Positions 48,161 through 61,760 of a stretch of DNA of 64,000 nt are shown here, piece after piece. The notes beneath the pieces are model-generated. The model was not told where the DNA came from and made no database searches. It saw nothing but the letters and a program-made list of their open reading frames with translations. The translations under genes were made by a program, and so were the position numbers. The stretch spans positions 66,216,001-66,280,000 of the forward strand of contig OX597814.1 of NCBI GenBank assembly GCA_951406725.2, written 5' to 3'. Source of the DNA: Octopus vulgaris (Eukaryota). Every line of letters starts with the position of its first letter. Position 1 is the first letter of the stretch.

Positions 48161-51100
48161 TTCTATATTGACCACCAGGGCCAAACACAAAACATAGAGG
48201 ACGATACACAGGCGAGGGGCAGTGAAGCTAAACTTGTAAAACAGCAAACAAAAACGATTTACAAAGATATTAAATCAACAATATTCTTCCCCAATAGCGA
48301 GAGTTCCACCGTAAGGTGACCAAAGAGACCTCACGCAATTTGGACCCCTAACACCAAGGGCTCCCCAAGAAGGTATCCTTGCCTCTCCCTTCCATCCGAC
48401 CTACAGGCGCACACTTAGAGTAGGCCTATTCACGCGTGACATTCTAGCAACATTCACCCATCTTTCAACGAAATTACTAGGTGACAGTACCTCCCTCTCT
48501 AGCATCACTCTCCTTTTCAGGTGGAACTTGAAAAAGTCAATGAGGCCTTGGCCAAAAAGGAAGGTTCTCGTCTTCAACTCTTTCAATCGCGTTCACCACA
48601 CAACCTCTCTTGCCATAGGCACCAGACAAAGAAAAATTACCCTCTCTTCCCGACCAAAGGAAGGAAGTGGGGCGATCTTCAGAATGGACTAGGACGATAG
48701 CCAGATCCGTCCTACACGTGACAATAACTGTTCGACGAAGCTCCACAAGTCAGCAATGTGCGGACACTTTACGAGAACATGCAGAATGGTTTCATCGCTC
48801 CGCATGCGTCTCGGACAAGCCCGACTGACTGCACACCCGTGCCTGTAGAACTTATTTCAAACTGGCAGCGCCCCCCGGAGATTTCTGAAAATTATCCTTA
48901 GTTCCCGGCCCGAAAGTCCTCCGAAAATGACCAGCCAGTTGATGCCAGCCGACGCCCAGGACCTCTCCGTGTACATCGTCGATCTTGCCCTACACTAATA
49001 CTCTACAGAACTCCATGGTGGAACTTCCACCGAACGCATTACCCGACTGGCCGAGGGCCGTGAGCGCTTGGGGACACTCTAGATGCCAAGCAACCTGCCT
49101 CGGTCTACCTCTGATCCAGGACTGTCGCTCCGTGAAGGAGACATGCTGCGGAAAAGCGCGTTCAACAAATGGTGACCAAACCTGCTCACCGTTAAGGTAT
49201 CGCTGGAGATGTTGCATCTTCAGTGCATGTCTGCACATCCTCAACCACGGCATGCCCACGAAGCAGGTAAAGGGACCACACTCAGGCGGTAGTATATGAC
49301 CGATGTGATGAACGCATTCGCCCCCTCCGCCCGACTTTTCAAGGACAGCTTCCTCTCAGCCCATTTCTGGGTTAGACTGGCCACTCTGTCTGTCACCACG
49401 ACACAATTCTTGTCCACTTGGAGGTCCGGACCGAACCAGATACCGTACAACTTAACAGGTCCTTCCGTCCAGCGCCACACCACGCTGTCGGTTGGCATGG
49501 GCCTGCCTCTCCAGGCGCCGAGCTGCAGGCCCACTGACTTCTACTGGTTGATCATTGCCCCAGTCACCGCTTCGTATTCCCTTAGGGTAGTGCCGACCAT
49601 CTCAATTTCTGAGATGTCCAACACTATCACGATGACGTCATCCGTGACACGAACCTTCTGCATCCCAGTTCACGTGGGATACCCCTCGAAACCTCCAGCT
49701 TCCTCAGTAATGGCTCGATTGCCAGTACGTAGAGAAGGGATGAGAGTGGGCATCCTTGACGAACCGAACGTGCGATACTATCTGATTCTGAGAGGTGGCC
49801 ATTTACTTTGACCACTGAACAGTAGTCGCTGTACCCTGCAGCGACTCAGCCTCTGAAAACGGGACCGAAATCAGCCGCCTTAATGACAAGCCAGTTTCTT
49901 CAACAATCCTCTCTATGATGTATCGCGTGAAGTGGAGGTTGTCGTGTATAGTTTTTGGTAACACCTTGGCTAAAATTTTGTAATCTGTATTTAATAGAGT
50001 TACCGCCCAAAAGTTATCAACAATGTCCTCCTTGTTCCGATCCTTTCTCAGCAGCTTCACCACACCCCGACTCACAGATCCGAATATTCTCCCATTCTGC
50101 TTCTAGTAGCGGTAGACATCTCCCAAAAGCTCACCAAACAAGTCTGGCATATGTATATAAAGCTCAAACGGCAGACATCCAATCCTGGAGACCTGAAGAT
50201 ATACGCGTCACGTATATCTTTAGCTGTTATCGGCATTTCGCAGAACTCCACATCCCTGGACGAAAGCCCCGGCATACCATCCATGGAGCCTATCTAGGTC
50301 AACCGTACAGATCACAAATTTGTGGTCTGTGTAGTTAACGAATTCAAATTGTTGACAATCTAAGCTATTCGTATCTACTGACCTACAAAATATCCTATCT
50401 AGAATAGGTCTGGATCACCCGACAATGTTTTCCCATGACCACACTGGAGTGCTCGAGATATACAGTCTGAACATGTCCGCCAGATGAAAGCGACTGAGTA
50501 GGTTTGCGAGGCTTGCGCACCACGCTTTCCTATCCGCTAGCTCTACCCAATCCACGCGTGCATCCAAAATGGCGTTCAAATTGCCACGAACACTAAAGAG
50601 CGAGATGTCCCTAGAAAAGTCTCCAGGCATCTGAAGAACTCCAGCTGTTCCGCTCTAGTCAGTGCGTACACTGCGACCATTCTAAAAGCACTGCTTTCGT
50701 TATCGTTCACCTCCAGCATCACTGACTTACTTTCCGAAGAGTCTTGTACGGTATTCTTTGTTCTGGTCCTCTTATTGTTGTTGTTGTTGCTCCTGCTTCT
50801 GGTGCTACTCCCACTTCCACCTTTACTGTAACACCTGCCTGTTTTGCCTCCTTGGGTTCAATTTCTGTTTCTATTCCCTTGCCTTTCTGTTGTTACTGTT
50901 GTTGTTCTTGTTCTTGTTATTTTTGTCGACTCGTGGGTTGTGGTGCTTTCATTTAGACATTTCTTTCTGCCCTTCTGTTCTGGTTCTGTGGGCAGAAAAC
51001 CGTAGGTGGCCAGTTGAAACACAATCGTGGCACTTCGGCCTCCTGCCCTCCACATTTACCTTTAGTTCTACTCCACTCGAGAGGGAAATCAGGCCTGGGA

Positions 51101-52050
51101 CTTCCTCTAACTGCTCTGGTTTCACATGGAAAAGAACCTCCAAGGTAGTCCCAACCCAGTTCTTCCTCCTCGATCTTTTAACATTCAGAAGATTCTCTCC
51201 CCCGTCCATACAAATACAGGCAAGAATCCGCCATAATTCCAAGCTTGGCGGGACACCTGACACCGTAATTCGTACCGCACTTCTTCACATGTATATTGGG
51301 AAGAGGACAATTTCCTCTGTGCGACGTGTGGCCGCCGAGCTCTGTATCGCCTGACCCTCGGTCTTAAAAAGGACCTTTACTCCGCCGTACTGCCTTGCTC
51401 TTGCAATGTGGTGGATATTTTGCCATATATCTTTCAAGGCTTTTTCCGCCTGGTCGCGTTCAACATTTCCGAGTTTCCGTGTCTTTGTGTTCACGCACCT
51501 ATTGACAACTGTCTGTTTGGCTGTTGCTATAAGCACGTTAATTCTCTTTCCCGCCGTTAACTCCAGTTTTGTAAGTCTCTTCGCAGCAGTTGCTTTCAAT
51601 GTTGTTCTTCGTGCTACTACAATTTCCATGTAGTGAGGAAGACTTTACTCCTTCCTTCCTCTCGCCTTCTTTCTGCTTTTCATCATCTTTCTTCTTCTTC
51701 TTCTTCTTCTTCTTCTTCTTCTTCTTCTTCTTCTTCTTCTTCTTCTTCTTCTTCTTTCTTTTCTTCCTGCAGCCTTCTGCTAATTATGGTGGGGAAGACA
51801 GGGAAGTCCTCCTGCGAATTGCTGTACCACTTTCCTCCCTCACTCCCGCTTTTTGTCGCCATGTTTAATGTTTACTTTCTTCGAAGCAAATTTTCGAAGA
51901 AATTTGAAAACAGAAAGGTATGTATCACCCCTAAAATGGGGCATTGGTTAAGCAACGTCAGCGCCCCCCCCCCCAACCCCCGAAGCGCACCCGGATTGCT
52001 AAACGATTTAAACAACAAAATACAGTTTAGAACGTTTTAAACAAGTGAAT
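48160..52050 (-). mobile_element. Near full-length decayed Tx1/L1-clade LINE (ORF1 + ORF2)
   Basis: ORF1 with VEGRRPKCHDC..GH; EN MVAVYA..GNLNAILD; TLLNTDYKILAK; SVRQGCPLSSLLYVLAIEPLL; C-terminal CPR..ETILHVLVKC; 3' tail GGCCCTGGTGGTCAATATAGAAA then (ATT)n. Confidence 0.9.
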
Positions 52051-52500
52051 TTGTCATAATCTTACAGCCCTCCAAAAACACACCTCCAGCTATGGCGACA
52101 AGAAGGAGAAGAAGAAGAAGAAGAAGAAGAAGAAGAAGAAGAAGAAGAAGAAGAAGAAGAAGAAGAAGACTAAAGAATTAAGGAAGCTATACTATCTTGA
52201 AGCTGTTACTATGCGTTACCCTCCCAAATTTTGAAAGACATTTTATCGTAATATTTTATACACCATTAATTTTCTGTAATAAAATTTTAAAATGTAACAC
52301 TGCACTGATTGTTTTCCCAAATGCATTTTATTTGATCAGGGATTCGATTAGCTAGTGGTGTTAGACTTTTAGCGAAGATGTTAATGTTGACTTCAACAAT
52401 ATTATTCAACCATTGCCGTGGGTGAATGTGTGTACTGTAATGTAATGTAATGGATTGATGGATATATGTGTGCGTATATAATATATATATATTGATATAG

Positions 52501-52615
<115 letters not shown>

Positions 52616-52682
52616 CATATGTATATATATAAATATCAATGTATGCATAAATATACATATAAAGGTATGCAAATATGTACAT

Positions 52683-52753
<71 letters not shown>

Positions 52754-53469
52754 TGCGTGCGTGCGTGAGTGCGTGCGTGCGTGCGTGTGTATTCCACATT
52801 CGGAATCAGACAACAGTATGTATAAAATACTTTTGCATTGCGACTAGCTCTTCAAACAAAAAGAAGCACAAGTTCTTTCAGAGAAGAAATATTTACCCAC
52901 TGGCGCCATCTGTAGCATCTATTTGCCATTTATAAGATCAATCAGCGCGGAAAGCAAGAAAAAAAGATTAATAAATATTAAAAAAAAAAAAAGTTGAACA
53001 AAAAAAGAAGAAAAGAAAACTACAGTTAATGAGCGTAACACAATCGGTGCTATACTAGAAATAGTGAGAGAGGTTTCGCCTTACACCGGTAGGCAATTGT
53101 CACGATGTAGGCGGAAACGTTAAATAAAAAGAGTATGAACGATGCTGAAGTTCTTTATCATTTACATCGCACTAGCATTGTAGAAGGGTGGTAAACCAGC
53201 AGAAAATCTTGTTTGATTAATAGAAAATTTATTTTACTTTTGGTGTCGATTCCTTGATTAACATACATTCTTATTCATACATACATACATGCTCATATAT
53301 AACTGTATCGAGTATGCGTATATGAACGTATGCATGTGTGTATATATATATATATATATACTCCGGCGGTGTCAACAGTACTAAATTAAGTGTTGTTTGG
53401 GAACAAACAAACCAAAGAAACCACAACATATGTGTGTGTGCGCGCGCGCGCGCGTTCATATATATATTT

Positions 53470-53681
53470 TTTAATCTGTTTCAATCATTTTAACTGCGGC
53501 CATGCAGGAGCACCGTCTTTAGTCTGAAGATCGACCCCAGGACTTAATCATTGTAAGCCTAGTACTTATTCTGTCGGTCTCTTTTGCCGAACGGCTAAGT
53601 TACGGGGACGTAAACACACTAGCATCGGTTGTCAAGCGATGGTGAGGGGACAACTACAAACACATAAAGATATACACACAA

Positions 53682-53747
<66 letters not shown>

Positions 53748-53910
53748 GTATATATACATACGATGGGCTTCTTTCAGTTTCCGTCTACCAAATCTACTCA
53801 CAAGACTTTGGTCGACCCGAGGCTATAGTAGAAGACACTTGCCCTAGGTGCCACGCAGTGCGACTGAACCTGGAACCATGACGTTGGTAAGCAAGTTACT
53901 TACCACTGCC
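53470..53910 (-). mobile_element. Essentially full-length tRNA-derived SINE with internal (TA)n and CR1-type tail
   Basis: Head GTGGTAAGTAACTTGC..CCAGGTTCAGTC; tail GACGGTGCTCCTGCATGGCCGCAG..GAAACA. Confidence 0.9.
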
Positions 53911-54399
53911 GCGGAGAAGGAGGGACCTATTTGAGTTTTTTAATAATCTAATGTCGGCTCGGAGCTTGCGCTGGAAGGAAGAAGAGGACTTACGGAACTT
54001 CAGGTTTGGGATGATTCTTAGCAGGTCCACCTGAAGAATTAAAATTTTTCCGAACACGCACATGTCACGCAAACGAAATATGCCTCAACGCACATGCGTG
54101 AGCACATACGACTGCATTCATTGCCTATTAGACGATAAGCTATCCAATCATATACGAACGCGTACCAGACAGGTACAGACGCGTACAATCGGATCCACGT
54201 TTGCGCGTTAAAAGCACACAAAAAATTGTGTGTTCTCGGCCGGTAAACGCGATCGTGTTTTCTACCTGACTTTTGAATTGAGGATTACTAACAAAACCGC
54301 AGTTCTTACAGCTTACCCAACATATCGTATTAACTCTCCAGGTGCGTACATTTTTACGCAAATGTTAGTCTAATTGTAATCAGTGAAATTTTGCCGCCA

Positions 54400-55335
54400 G
54401 TCATATGGAAAAACGTTCCTTTAATTATCCGTCCACCGACACAGAAAAAAGATTCTGTAGACGACATCATGAAGATTATATCAAACATAGTTTTGTATCC
54501 AGTGTAGAAGATCCTTTTTACTACAGTGTATTATCTGCTCAAAAGTATTAACTAACGACTGAATGAAACTCTCGAAAATGTATCATCTACAAAAAAAATC
54601 CATCCTGGTTTATTTGGCAAGCCAAAGGAGTACTTCGAAGAATACCATCACAAAAAAATGTCTTATCTTCATCGCTCAAAATTTCCTCGTCCATACTAAC
54701 AACCGTTCTGGTCAGCAGGCATCCTATAACATTTCGCTCATGATAGCAAAACAGGGTCGCCCACATATTGGCGAAGATCTGATTAGGCCCACCATACTTG
54801 AAGCATATAAATTGGCTAATGTGCCGAACGCTACATCAGTTTTAGCAAGTATTCCACTTTCAAACAATACTATATCTTCCCGCATTTGTGAAATGGCCGA
54901 AGATGTCGAATCCTTAGTTGTAGAAGATTTGCGACACTGTAGATTCTCGTTGTGTAAAAGGTACCACAGTTTGTGAAAACCTACTCTTTATGGAAACCGT
55001 ACTGAAAAATACGGGAGAGACGATCTACAATGCCGTCATGGATTATCTTACTAAAAATGGCATTTATCCCCTCAACCTCATATCACTATGCACTGACGGG
55101 GCACCGTCTATGATTGGCAAATCCTAGAATTTTATTGCCAGATGGATAAAATTTAATTCCGTCTTAACAATTCACTGCGTTCTCCATCGAGAAAACCTGA
55201 TAGCAAAAACAACCGGAAATAATATATTTTCTGAAACCCTAGACTTAATTGCTTCCGCGGTAAAAAAAAAATCAAAGGATCTGTTCATCAAGACAGGCAT
55301 TTTCAAGAAACTTGTGACAACCTACTCTTTATGAA
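54400..55335 (+). mobile_element. hAT (Buster/Charlie, ZBED5-like) transposase remnant
   Basis: QCIICSKVLTN..MK; ASYNISLMIAKQGRPHIGEDLI; IPLSNNTISSRICEMAED; GETIY; CTDGAPSMIG; IHCVLHRENL. Confidence 0.88.
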
Positions 55336-55339
55336 AAGG

Positions 55340-58016
55340 TAATACAAGAAGATACTAGAAAAAAATTATCTACCTGTGTATTTCATCAAGAACTAGTAGA
55401 CTGGATCGAACGACGCAGGACCAGATTGAAAATGCCTAAGACCAATCTGGCGAGATAAAAATTTATGTCGCCCGTGGAAGATTTGGTATAGTTGAGTAGA
55501 GATTCCCAAGAGAAGATAAAGCCAAAGAAAATGCAACTATAACCTTCAAAAGGGATATACCTCTCTCTGATATAACTCTCTCTGCTGCCACAGATTTCTC
55601 TGACTGCGAAAACTCGTCGAACGAGGAAAACAGTCTTGGAAACCCAAAATAACGGATCTTGGTGAAAAGAAAAATTTACAAAATGCATAGCTCAGTCCAA
55701 GACTAAAAACGAAAAGGAGAAGACACAGAAACCAACAGACCATCACACCCACATGCCCAAACACCTTACACCTACGCAATTACAAACATCTCCATCACTA
55801 CTAAACATCACCAGCATTACAAACTTTTCAACAAACGAAAACACGAAGCAATCCAGTCCAACAACATGAACAGCCCTCCCATGGTATCATCAATTACATG
55901 GTCATAGGCACAAACAACAAGAACTTAATAAAACATATTCCAAAATACACAGACATTACTCTAAATGAATGCATCGCAACCCTGTACAACAGCCCTGTTC
56001 CCATTAAAAATTATAAAACCAAGGCAAACTTACAAAAAACTGAAAGCAAAATATACCATAGGAATGGGAGATTTCTATGGGACCATACACAAAATACTTT
56101 ACCAAGAAATGCTTGAGGAGGCAACCATAAACAACAGGAAGGAGAAATCACTTATCTTTCCACAGAAATAGGGTGATTCTCTTCAATATCCCTCTCTCTG
56201 CACACGTATTGTGGTCGCCTTGGAAATAAGGCCACCTACTCAATGATCTCGGGTCACTTTATGACGTATACGAGATTTACTTATATCTATGTCAACCGTG
56301 TACGGGGGCAAGTGTGGAACCACTATGTTGTTCCGAAAATGTCTGGATTTTAAGATAAGGGCCATTGGACCCTGAAGATAAACTGGTGGTCTTCGACAGG
56401 GACAGCAGCGACAGGGATCGCTTTCTGACTGGTGGTTGTTTATGGTCCAACAGAGCAGGACAACCGGATTTCTTTAGGAGTTTGGAGGTTTTCTAAGGAA
56501 TGTCTCAACCTTTAGCACTCATGGGTGACTGGAACGCCAACTTGGATGCACATTTAGATTGTGTGGTCTAGCTGTTAGAAGAGAGGGGTGCAGAAACTTC
56601 AAAAACCTACTCCGCCGTTTTCAACTGTCTGACAAGTGCCGAGTATGGACCTGATCAGCACCGCTATAAAAGAATACGAGGCCGTGATAGGAGTAAATAT
56701 TAACCGTTAAAAGTCAGTGGGCCTGCAGATCCATAGCGACTAATAACATCGTGGGTCGCTGGATGGAGGAACCGGTTAAATTATTCGGGGGACGAAGTGA
56801 CGAGTATGGTGGCCAATCTCACTCGTAAATGGATTGAGAGAAAGCTGTCTCTGAAAGGTCGAGCAGAGGTGGCGAATGCATATATCACCTCCATTATATA
56901 TTACCGCCTGACAGTCGTGTCTTGTCCCAGTTTACGCCTGATCAAACTGGAACGTGTAGTCTTCTGCTTTCTATGGAAGGGACGCGTTGCACTCCATCTG
57001 TTGTCAACACCAACTGAGTGGAGCACTGGACATGCCGTGGGTGCTGATACGCAGACACGCACTAAGGCTCCAACATCTCCAGCGCTTCCTTGACGATGAA
57101 CATGTTGGTCACACTTGCTCTTCCACAGCTCGTCTCTTTGAGCTACAGTCTCGGAACAGTCGGGCAATGCAGATAGTGGAAGTTCCACTTTGTCGTTCTA
57201 TAGAGGGTTATTGGTGAGCAAATGCTACAACATTCTTGAGGAGACTCTGAGTGTCGACGAGAATCAACTGACTGGTTTGTTCCTGGGATCTTTCGGGGAG
57301 CATTGCCGTTTAGGGAAGTACTGTCAGCCGGGTTTGCCCGAGATGCGCACACAGCGATGAAACTGTTCCGCACGCTCTCGCCTCGCACTCAGCTCGAGAG
57401 TTGATATCGAACACCTGATGTCGCGTGTAGAACGGATTACGCTATCGGCTGAGTCCATCGTGAAGATCGTCCCGACGCCTTCTTTTGACCGGGAAGAGCA
57501 GGCATTGTTTATTTGTCTGGTGGCCTTAGCGGAAGAGGTTGTGTGGTAGACCAGATCGAAAGACCTTGAATACAGATTCTTTCCTCTTTGCCCAAGCCCT
57601 CATCAACTTTTTCAAGTATGAAAGTGAGGACAGTGAGGAAAATGCTGCTTTCCAGCAATTTTATTGAAAGGTGAGTGAAAGTAGTAGGAATGGTCCGAGT
57701 GAACGGGCCTACTCTCTGCATGCGCCTCTAGATTGAGAAATGATGTGGAGAGGGCGCTTGCTCTAGTGGTCAGGGCGACCGGGGTTTAGTGAAGAAAGGA
57801 ATAATATGCCCTATCCACAAAGAAGGAAGCAGAGCAGATACTAAAAATTATAGGCCTATCTCTCTGACCCCACACATCAGCAAAGTCGTGGAACGAATAG
57901 TCCACAAGAAAATAATCACGTTCTTTTACAATCTTCTTTATGTAACACTATATTGTATTGTCCTATACCGTCCCCAATTTTTTCTTTATGAACCATGAGT
58001 GGTAAACAAAGAAAAC
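55340..58016 (+). mobile_element. Internally deleted, decayed Tx1/L1-clade LINE
   Basis: ORF1 remnant (RPIWRD..VARGRFGIVE); EN FLTGGCLW/MGDWNANLD; WIERKLSLKGRAEVANAYI; paralogous to 48160-52050; RT core deleted near 56650. Confidence 0.8.
57789..57925 (+). mobile_element. Internal CR1 RT fragment inside the Tx1 3' UTR
   Basis: KKGIICPIHKEGSRADTKNYRPISLTPHISKVVERIV, homologous to 4887-5000. Confidence 0.85.
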
Positions 58017-58277
58017 ATTCTTTTATTTTGTTTTGTTTTGTCTTAGTTACACTTAAATTGCGCACTTAGGGAAAGAGATATTTGTCAGTCAGCTTTATAA
58101 GTCATGAGTGCTGGGGTGGGAATTTCTGGATATCAAGATCATGCAGTTTGTGACATGATCGATATTATCAAATGCTTTTTCAATGTTGTGATATATCTCA
58201 TCAACACTTGAGTCGTTTAGCATCTATTTTAACACCCAGTTGTAACGTTGTAAGAGCTGTCAGGCAGCTTCTGCCTT

Positions 58278-58589
58278 ACGTTATTTACATTTGACGGATA
58301 TTTGTCTTCATATTGTTTGTTGTATGGCAACGGGCATATGGCATAGTGGTTAAGAGCGCAGGCTGCTAACTCCAAGATTCCGAGTTCGATTCCAAGCAGT
58401 GACCTGAACAACAACAACAACAACAACGAAAATACCAGGTTTGAAATTTCCCCAAGATACCTGATGTAGGCTGGAGAGTATATCAGCCGAAACGCTATGC
58501 TAACAACAAACAAAATGAGGACAAATATCCGTCAAATGTGAATAATGTAAATGATGTACATAATTCCTCATCTCTTAAATATAGAACTG
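58278..58589 (+). mobile_element. tRNA-headed element with decayed HHR, 5' inverted copy of its 3' part, 12-bp TSD
   Basis: A box TGGCATAGTGG 58339, B box GAGTTCGATTC 58382; CTGATGT-A-GGCTG..CAGCC-GAAACG 58461-58494; IR 58276-58323 / 58503-58550; TSD AGCTTCTGCCTT 58266-58277 / 58590-58601. Confidence 0.85.
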
Positions 58590-59003
58590 AGCTTCTGCCT
58601 TGTCGAAATCCATGCCACCCTTTTGGAAGAAGGGCCCTATCCAGTGACGTACTGAGGCCGTTTCCTTGGCAAAATTAAAAGGATCGACTTGATACTTTAG
58701 GGATCGATTTGATATTTTCTATAACCCAGGCTTCCTTACCTGTATTTTCTCTTTCGTGAAATTGATGAACACTTTTCGCAATCTCCAACAACGCTCTCTT
58801 CATGAGGGAGGCGAGAATTTTCACTACACTTGAGGTGCTCGCTCAGGCAATTCGCAATCTTTGTCCGTCATCTCATAAAAATTTACCTTTCCCTAGGGAT
58901 CTTGTTTTTGCGTGCGTTGGCCTTGTGTAACACACACGCGCACGCGCACGCACACACACACACATACAGATGGATAAATAGACAGACAGACAGACAGACA
59001 GAC

Positions 59004-59073
<70 letters not shown>

Positions 59074-59074
59074 T

Positions 59075-59175
59075 GAACCGACAGAATTGTTAGCACGCCC
59101 GATAAAATGCTTAGTGACCATTCTGTCTCTTTTTACGTTCGCATTTCGATTTCTGCTGAAGTCGACTTTACTTAC
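59075..59175 (+). mobile_element. SINE 5' fragment
   Basis: CAGAATTGTTAGCACGCC..AAAATGCTTAG..GTCGACTTT. Confidence 0.7.
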
Positions 59176-59180
59176 TTTTA

Positions 59181-59274
<94 letters not shown>

Positions 59275-59283
59275 CATACATAC

Positions 59284-59356
<73 letters not shown>

Positions 59357-59358
59357 TG

Positions 59359-59410
<52 letters not shown>

Positions 59411-59507
59411 ATCCAAACATGAAAACACAAAGAGAAAACACAACAACGCAAGGACGTGGAAGAAGTATAGTGTTATTGGACGCTCAGGAAAGAAGGAAAG
59501 AAGGAGG

Positions 59508-59542
59508 GTTTAATGTTTCGAGCGGAGCTCTTCGTCAGAAAC
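59508..59542 (-). ncRNA. Minimal type I HHR motif in (TA)n-embedded mini-element 59407-59610
   Basis: GTTT-CTGACGA-A-GAGC TCC GCTC-GAAA-CA-TT-AAAC; stem III ACAT probably a CpG-decayed ACGT. Confidence 0.7.
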
Positions 59543-59608
59543 ATAGAAAAAGGAAAGATCCAAAGAAGGGAAGACGGAGGAAAAAACTCGCCAACGGTGC
59601 ACACGCGG

Positions 59609-59651
<43 letters not shown>

Positions 59652-59817
59652 TGCATTCGTGTTTTAAGTTCATCAGTATCTTGATTAGCTCTTTTAGGTA
59701 ATTTAAATCATGGCGGATCAACATGTGCTACTGCTGTCACAACACGCGCACGCACGCACATACGCACACCCTCACACACACACACACGCACACACACGCA
59801 CGCACACACATACTCAT

Positions 59818-59850
<33 letters not shown>

Positions 59851-60155
59851 TTATATTTCTGTATAATTGAACTTGGGTTTTTATACCAATGTACTCAACA
59901 CACTTATTTCGCATATCTTTGCTGATGGTATTTATGCATGAAAGCCTGCAGCATTTGTAATTTATGTATATGTACCTGTTTGCACATTTTTATGGCCTTT
60001 ATCAATGTGTGAGTCTATTCATGTGTGTGTGTGTGCATGCGCATGTGTATGTATGTACGTACGTATGTATGGCTATGCTTGTGTATGTGCGTGTGTTTGT
60101 GTGATTGTTGAATGTCCATGTTTGTATATAGCTACATATGAATACATGTGTTATG

Positions 60156-60192
<37 letters not shown>

Positions 60193-60241
60193 AAACAAGT
60201 AAAAAATAGAAAATGCTAAAATAATTTTATAGTGAACATTT

Positions 60242-60279
60242 CAGTACCGGTTTCGGTCATTTTGAGACCTTTTCAACTG
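60242..60279 (-). ncRNA. HHR motif with U3-A8 covariant core (left pLTR)
   Basis: CAG-TTGAAAA-GGTC TCAAAAT GACC-GAAA-CCGG-TA-CTG. Confidence 0.72.
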
Positions 60280-60517
60280 TAACGATTAAATAATTAAATT
60301 TAGAAAAATTAGAAGAAAAGTTTTTTTAAAAGAATATTTCTATAGTAGTGTTCAGATTTAAGTGGCATTCTGCCTTTCTCTGACTCCCTTGTTTGCACTT
60401 GTGTGTTCGAGGTAGTTGTGAGTTCTTGGTAGGGTAGTAGAGGGAAGGCTGGTGAGGAAAGGGGGGTGGGAGAATCTGGGAGTGCCCTGATGGTCGTATT
60501 TTGAATGGTCAGTGGCG

Positions 60518-61037
60518 TGTCCTCCAAACACACACGATCATAAAAAGCAAAAGACAGCCTAGATCCATGAAAAGTCTCCTTACACAAGCCCGAATTCACT
60601 CTTCAACACAGAAGCCGACAGTAAAAAAATGTGGAAGACCCAATTGCGGGATATGCGACTATCTAATCGAGGGTTCGGAGTTCTCCTTCAAACAGGGACA
60701 ACGGTTTACAGTGAAAAGCAACTTCACATGTGCTTCGGAGAACCTAATATACTCACTAACCTGCTCCGGGTGTCAAGAGCAGTACATAGGCCAAACAAAA
60801 AATGGTTTGCGTAAACGAATGGCCCTGCACAGATCCCAGATAAAAATTCCCCAAAACAGAAAAATAGCTTTTAGCCAACACATAGATACTTGCGCCAACA
60901 AAAAAACACCAAACTTCAGAATTTTCCCCCTCTACCAATTTAGGGACGATACAACCTCGAGACAAAGAATAAGTAAAGAAAATCTCTTTATTACAAAATA
61001 CAAGCCACTTCTTAACGGGTCTACGACAAACAATTAA
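60518..61037 (+). CDS. PLE GIY-YIG endonuclease domain (5'-truncated, frame intact)
   Basis: CGRPNCGIC Zn-finger; FTCASENLIYSLTCSGCQEQYIGQT..LRKRMALH..H..RISKENLFI..KPLLN. Confidence 0.88.
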
Positions 61038-61722
61038 TATACCTCAACTTTAGAATAAAAGAAAAAAATATATATATATACACACACAAATACTACACTC
61101 CATAGAATCCATTACTAATCAGCCCCTTCATAGCTATATTTACACCCACTCATATTCTCCCTTCTCTGTTTTTTTCTTCTTCTTCTTCTTCATCATCATC
61201 GTTATCATCATCATCGGCGTCATCATCATCACCACCATCATCACCACCATCTTCTCCTTCTCCTTCTTCTTCTTCTTCTTCTTCTTCTTCATCATCATCG
61301 TTATCATCATCATCGTCGTCATAATCATCACCACCATCACCATCATCTTCTCCTTCTCCTTCTTCTTCTTCTTCTTCTTCTTCTTCTTCTCCACCCCCTA
61401 CCCCTTAAGTTTGTCACTAATGTTTTTTAGTATAACACCTACGCTAATTCTATAAACAATCCTGAATTGAACTGAGACTGCCAGCCGCCACTGACCATTC
61501 AAAATACGACCATCAGGGCACTCCCAGATTCTCCCACCCCCTTTCCTCACCAGCCTTCCCTCTACTACCCTACCAAGAACTCACAACTACCTCGAACACA
61601 CAAGTGCAAACAAGGGAGTCAGAGAAAGGCAGAATGCCACTTAAATCTGAACACTACTATAGAAATATTCTTTTAAAAAAACTTTTCTTCTAATTTTTCT
61701 AAATTTAATTATTTAATCGTTA

Positions 61723-61760
61723 CAGTTGAAAAGGTCTCAAAATGACCGAAACCGGTACTG
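61723..61760 (+). ncRNA. HHR motif with U3-A8 covariant core (right pLTR)
   Basis: CAG-TTGAAAA-GGTC TCAAAAT GACC-GAAA-CCGG-TA-CTG. Confidence 0.72.

Noticed and set aside
58332-58404. Possible tRNA-Ser(GCT) gene
   Set aside because: Acceptor and anticodon stems pair poorly, there is no long variable arm, and it lies inside a TSD-flanked insertion; treated as a SINE head.
58600-58875. Minus-strand frame ending at CAG/GTAAGG donor
   Set aside because: No acceptor or recognisable protein; stops immediately upstream.
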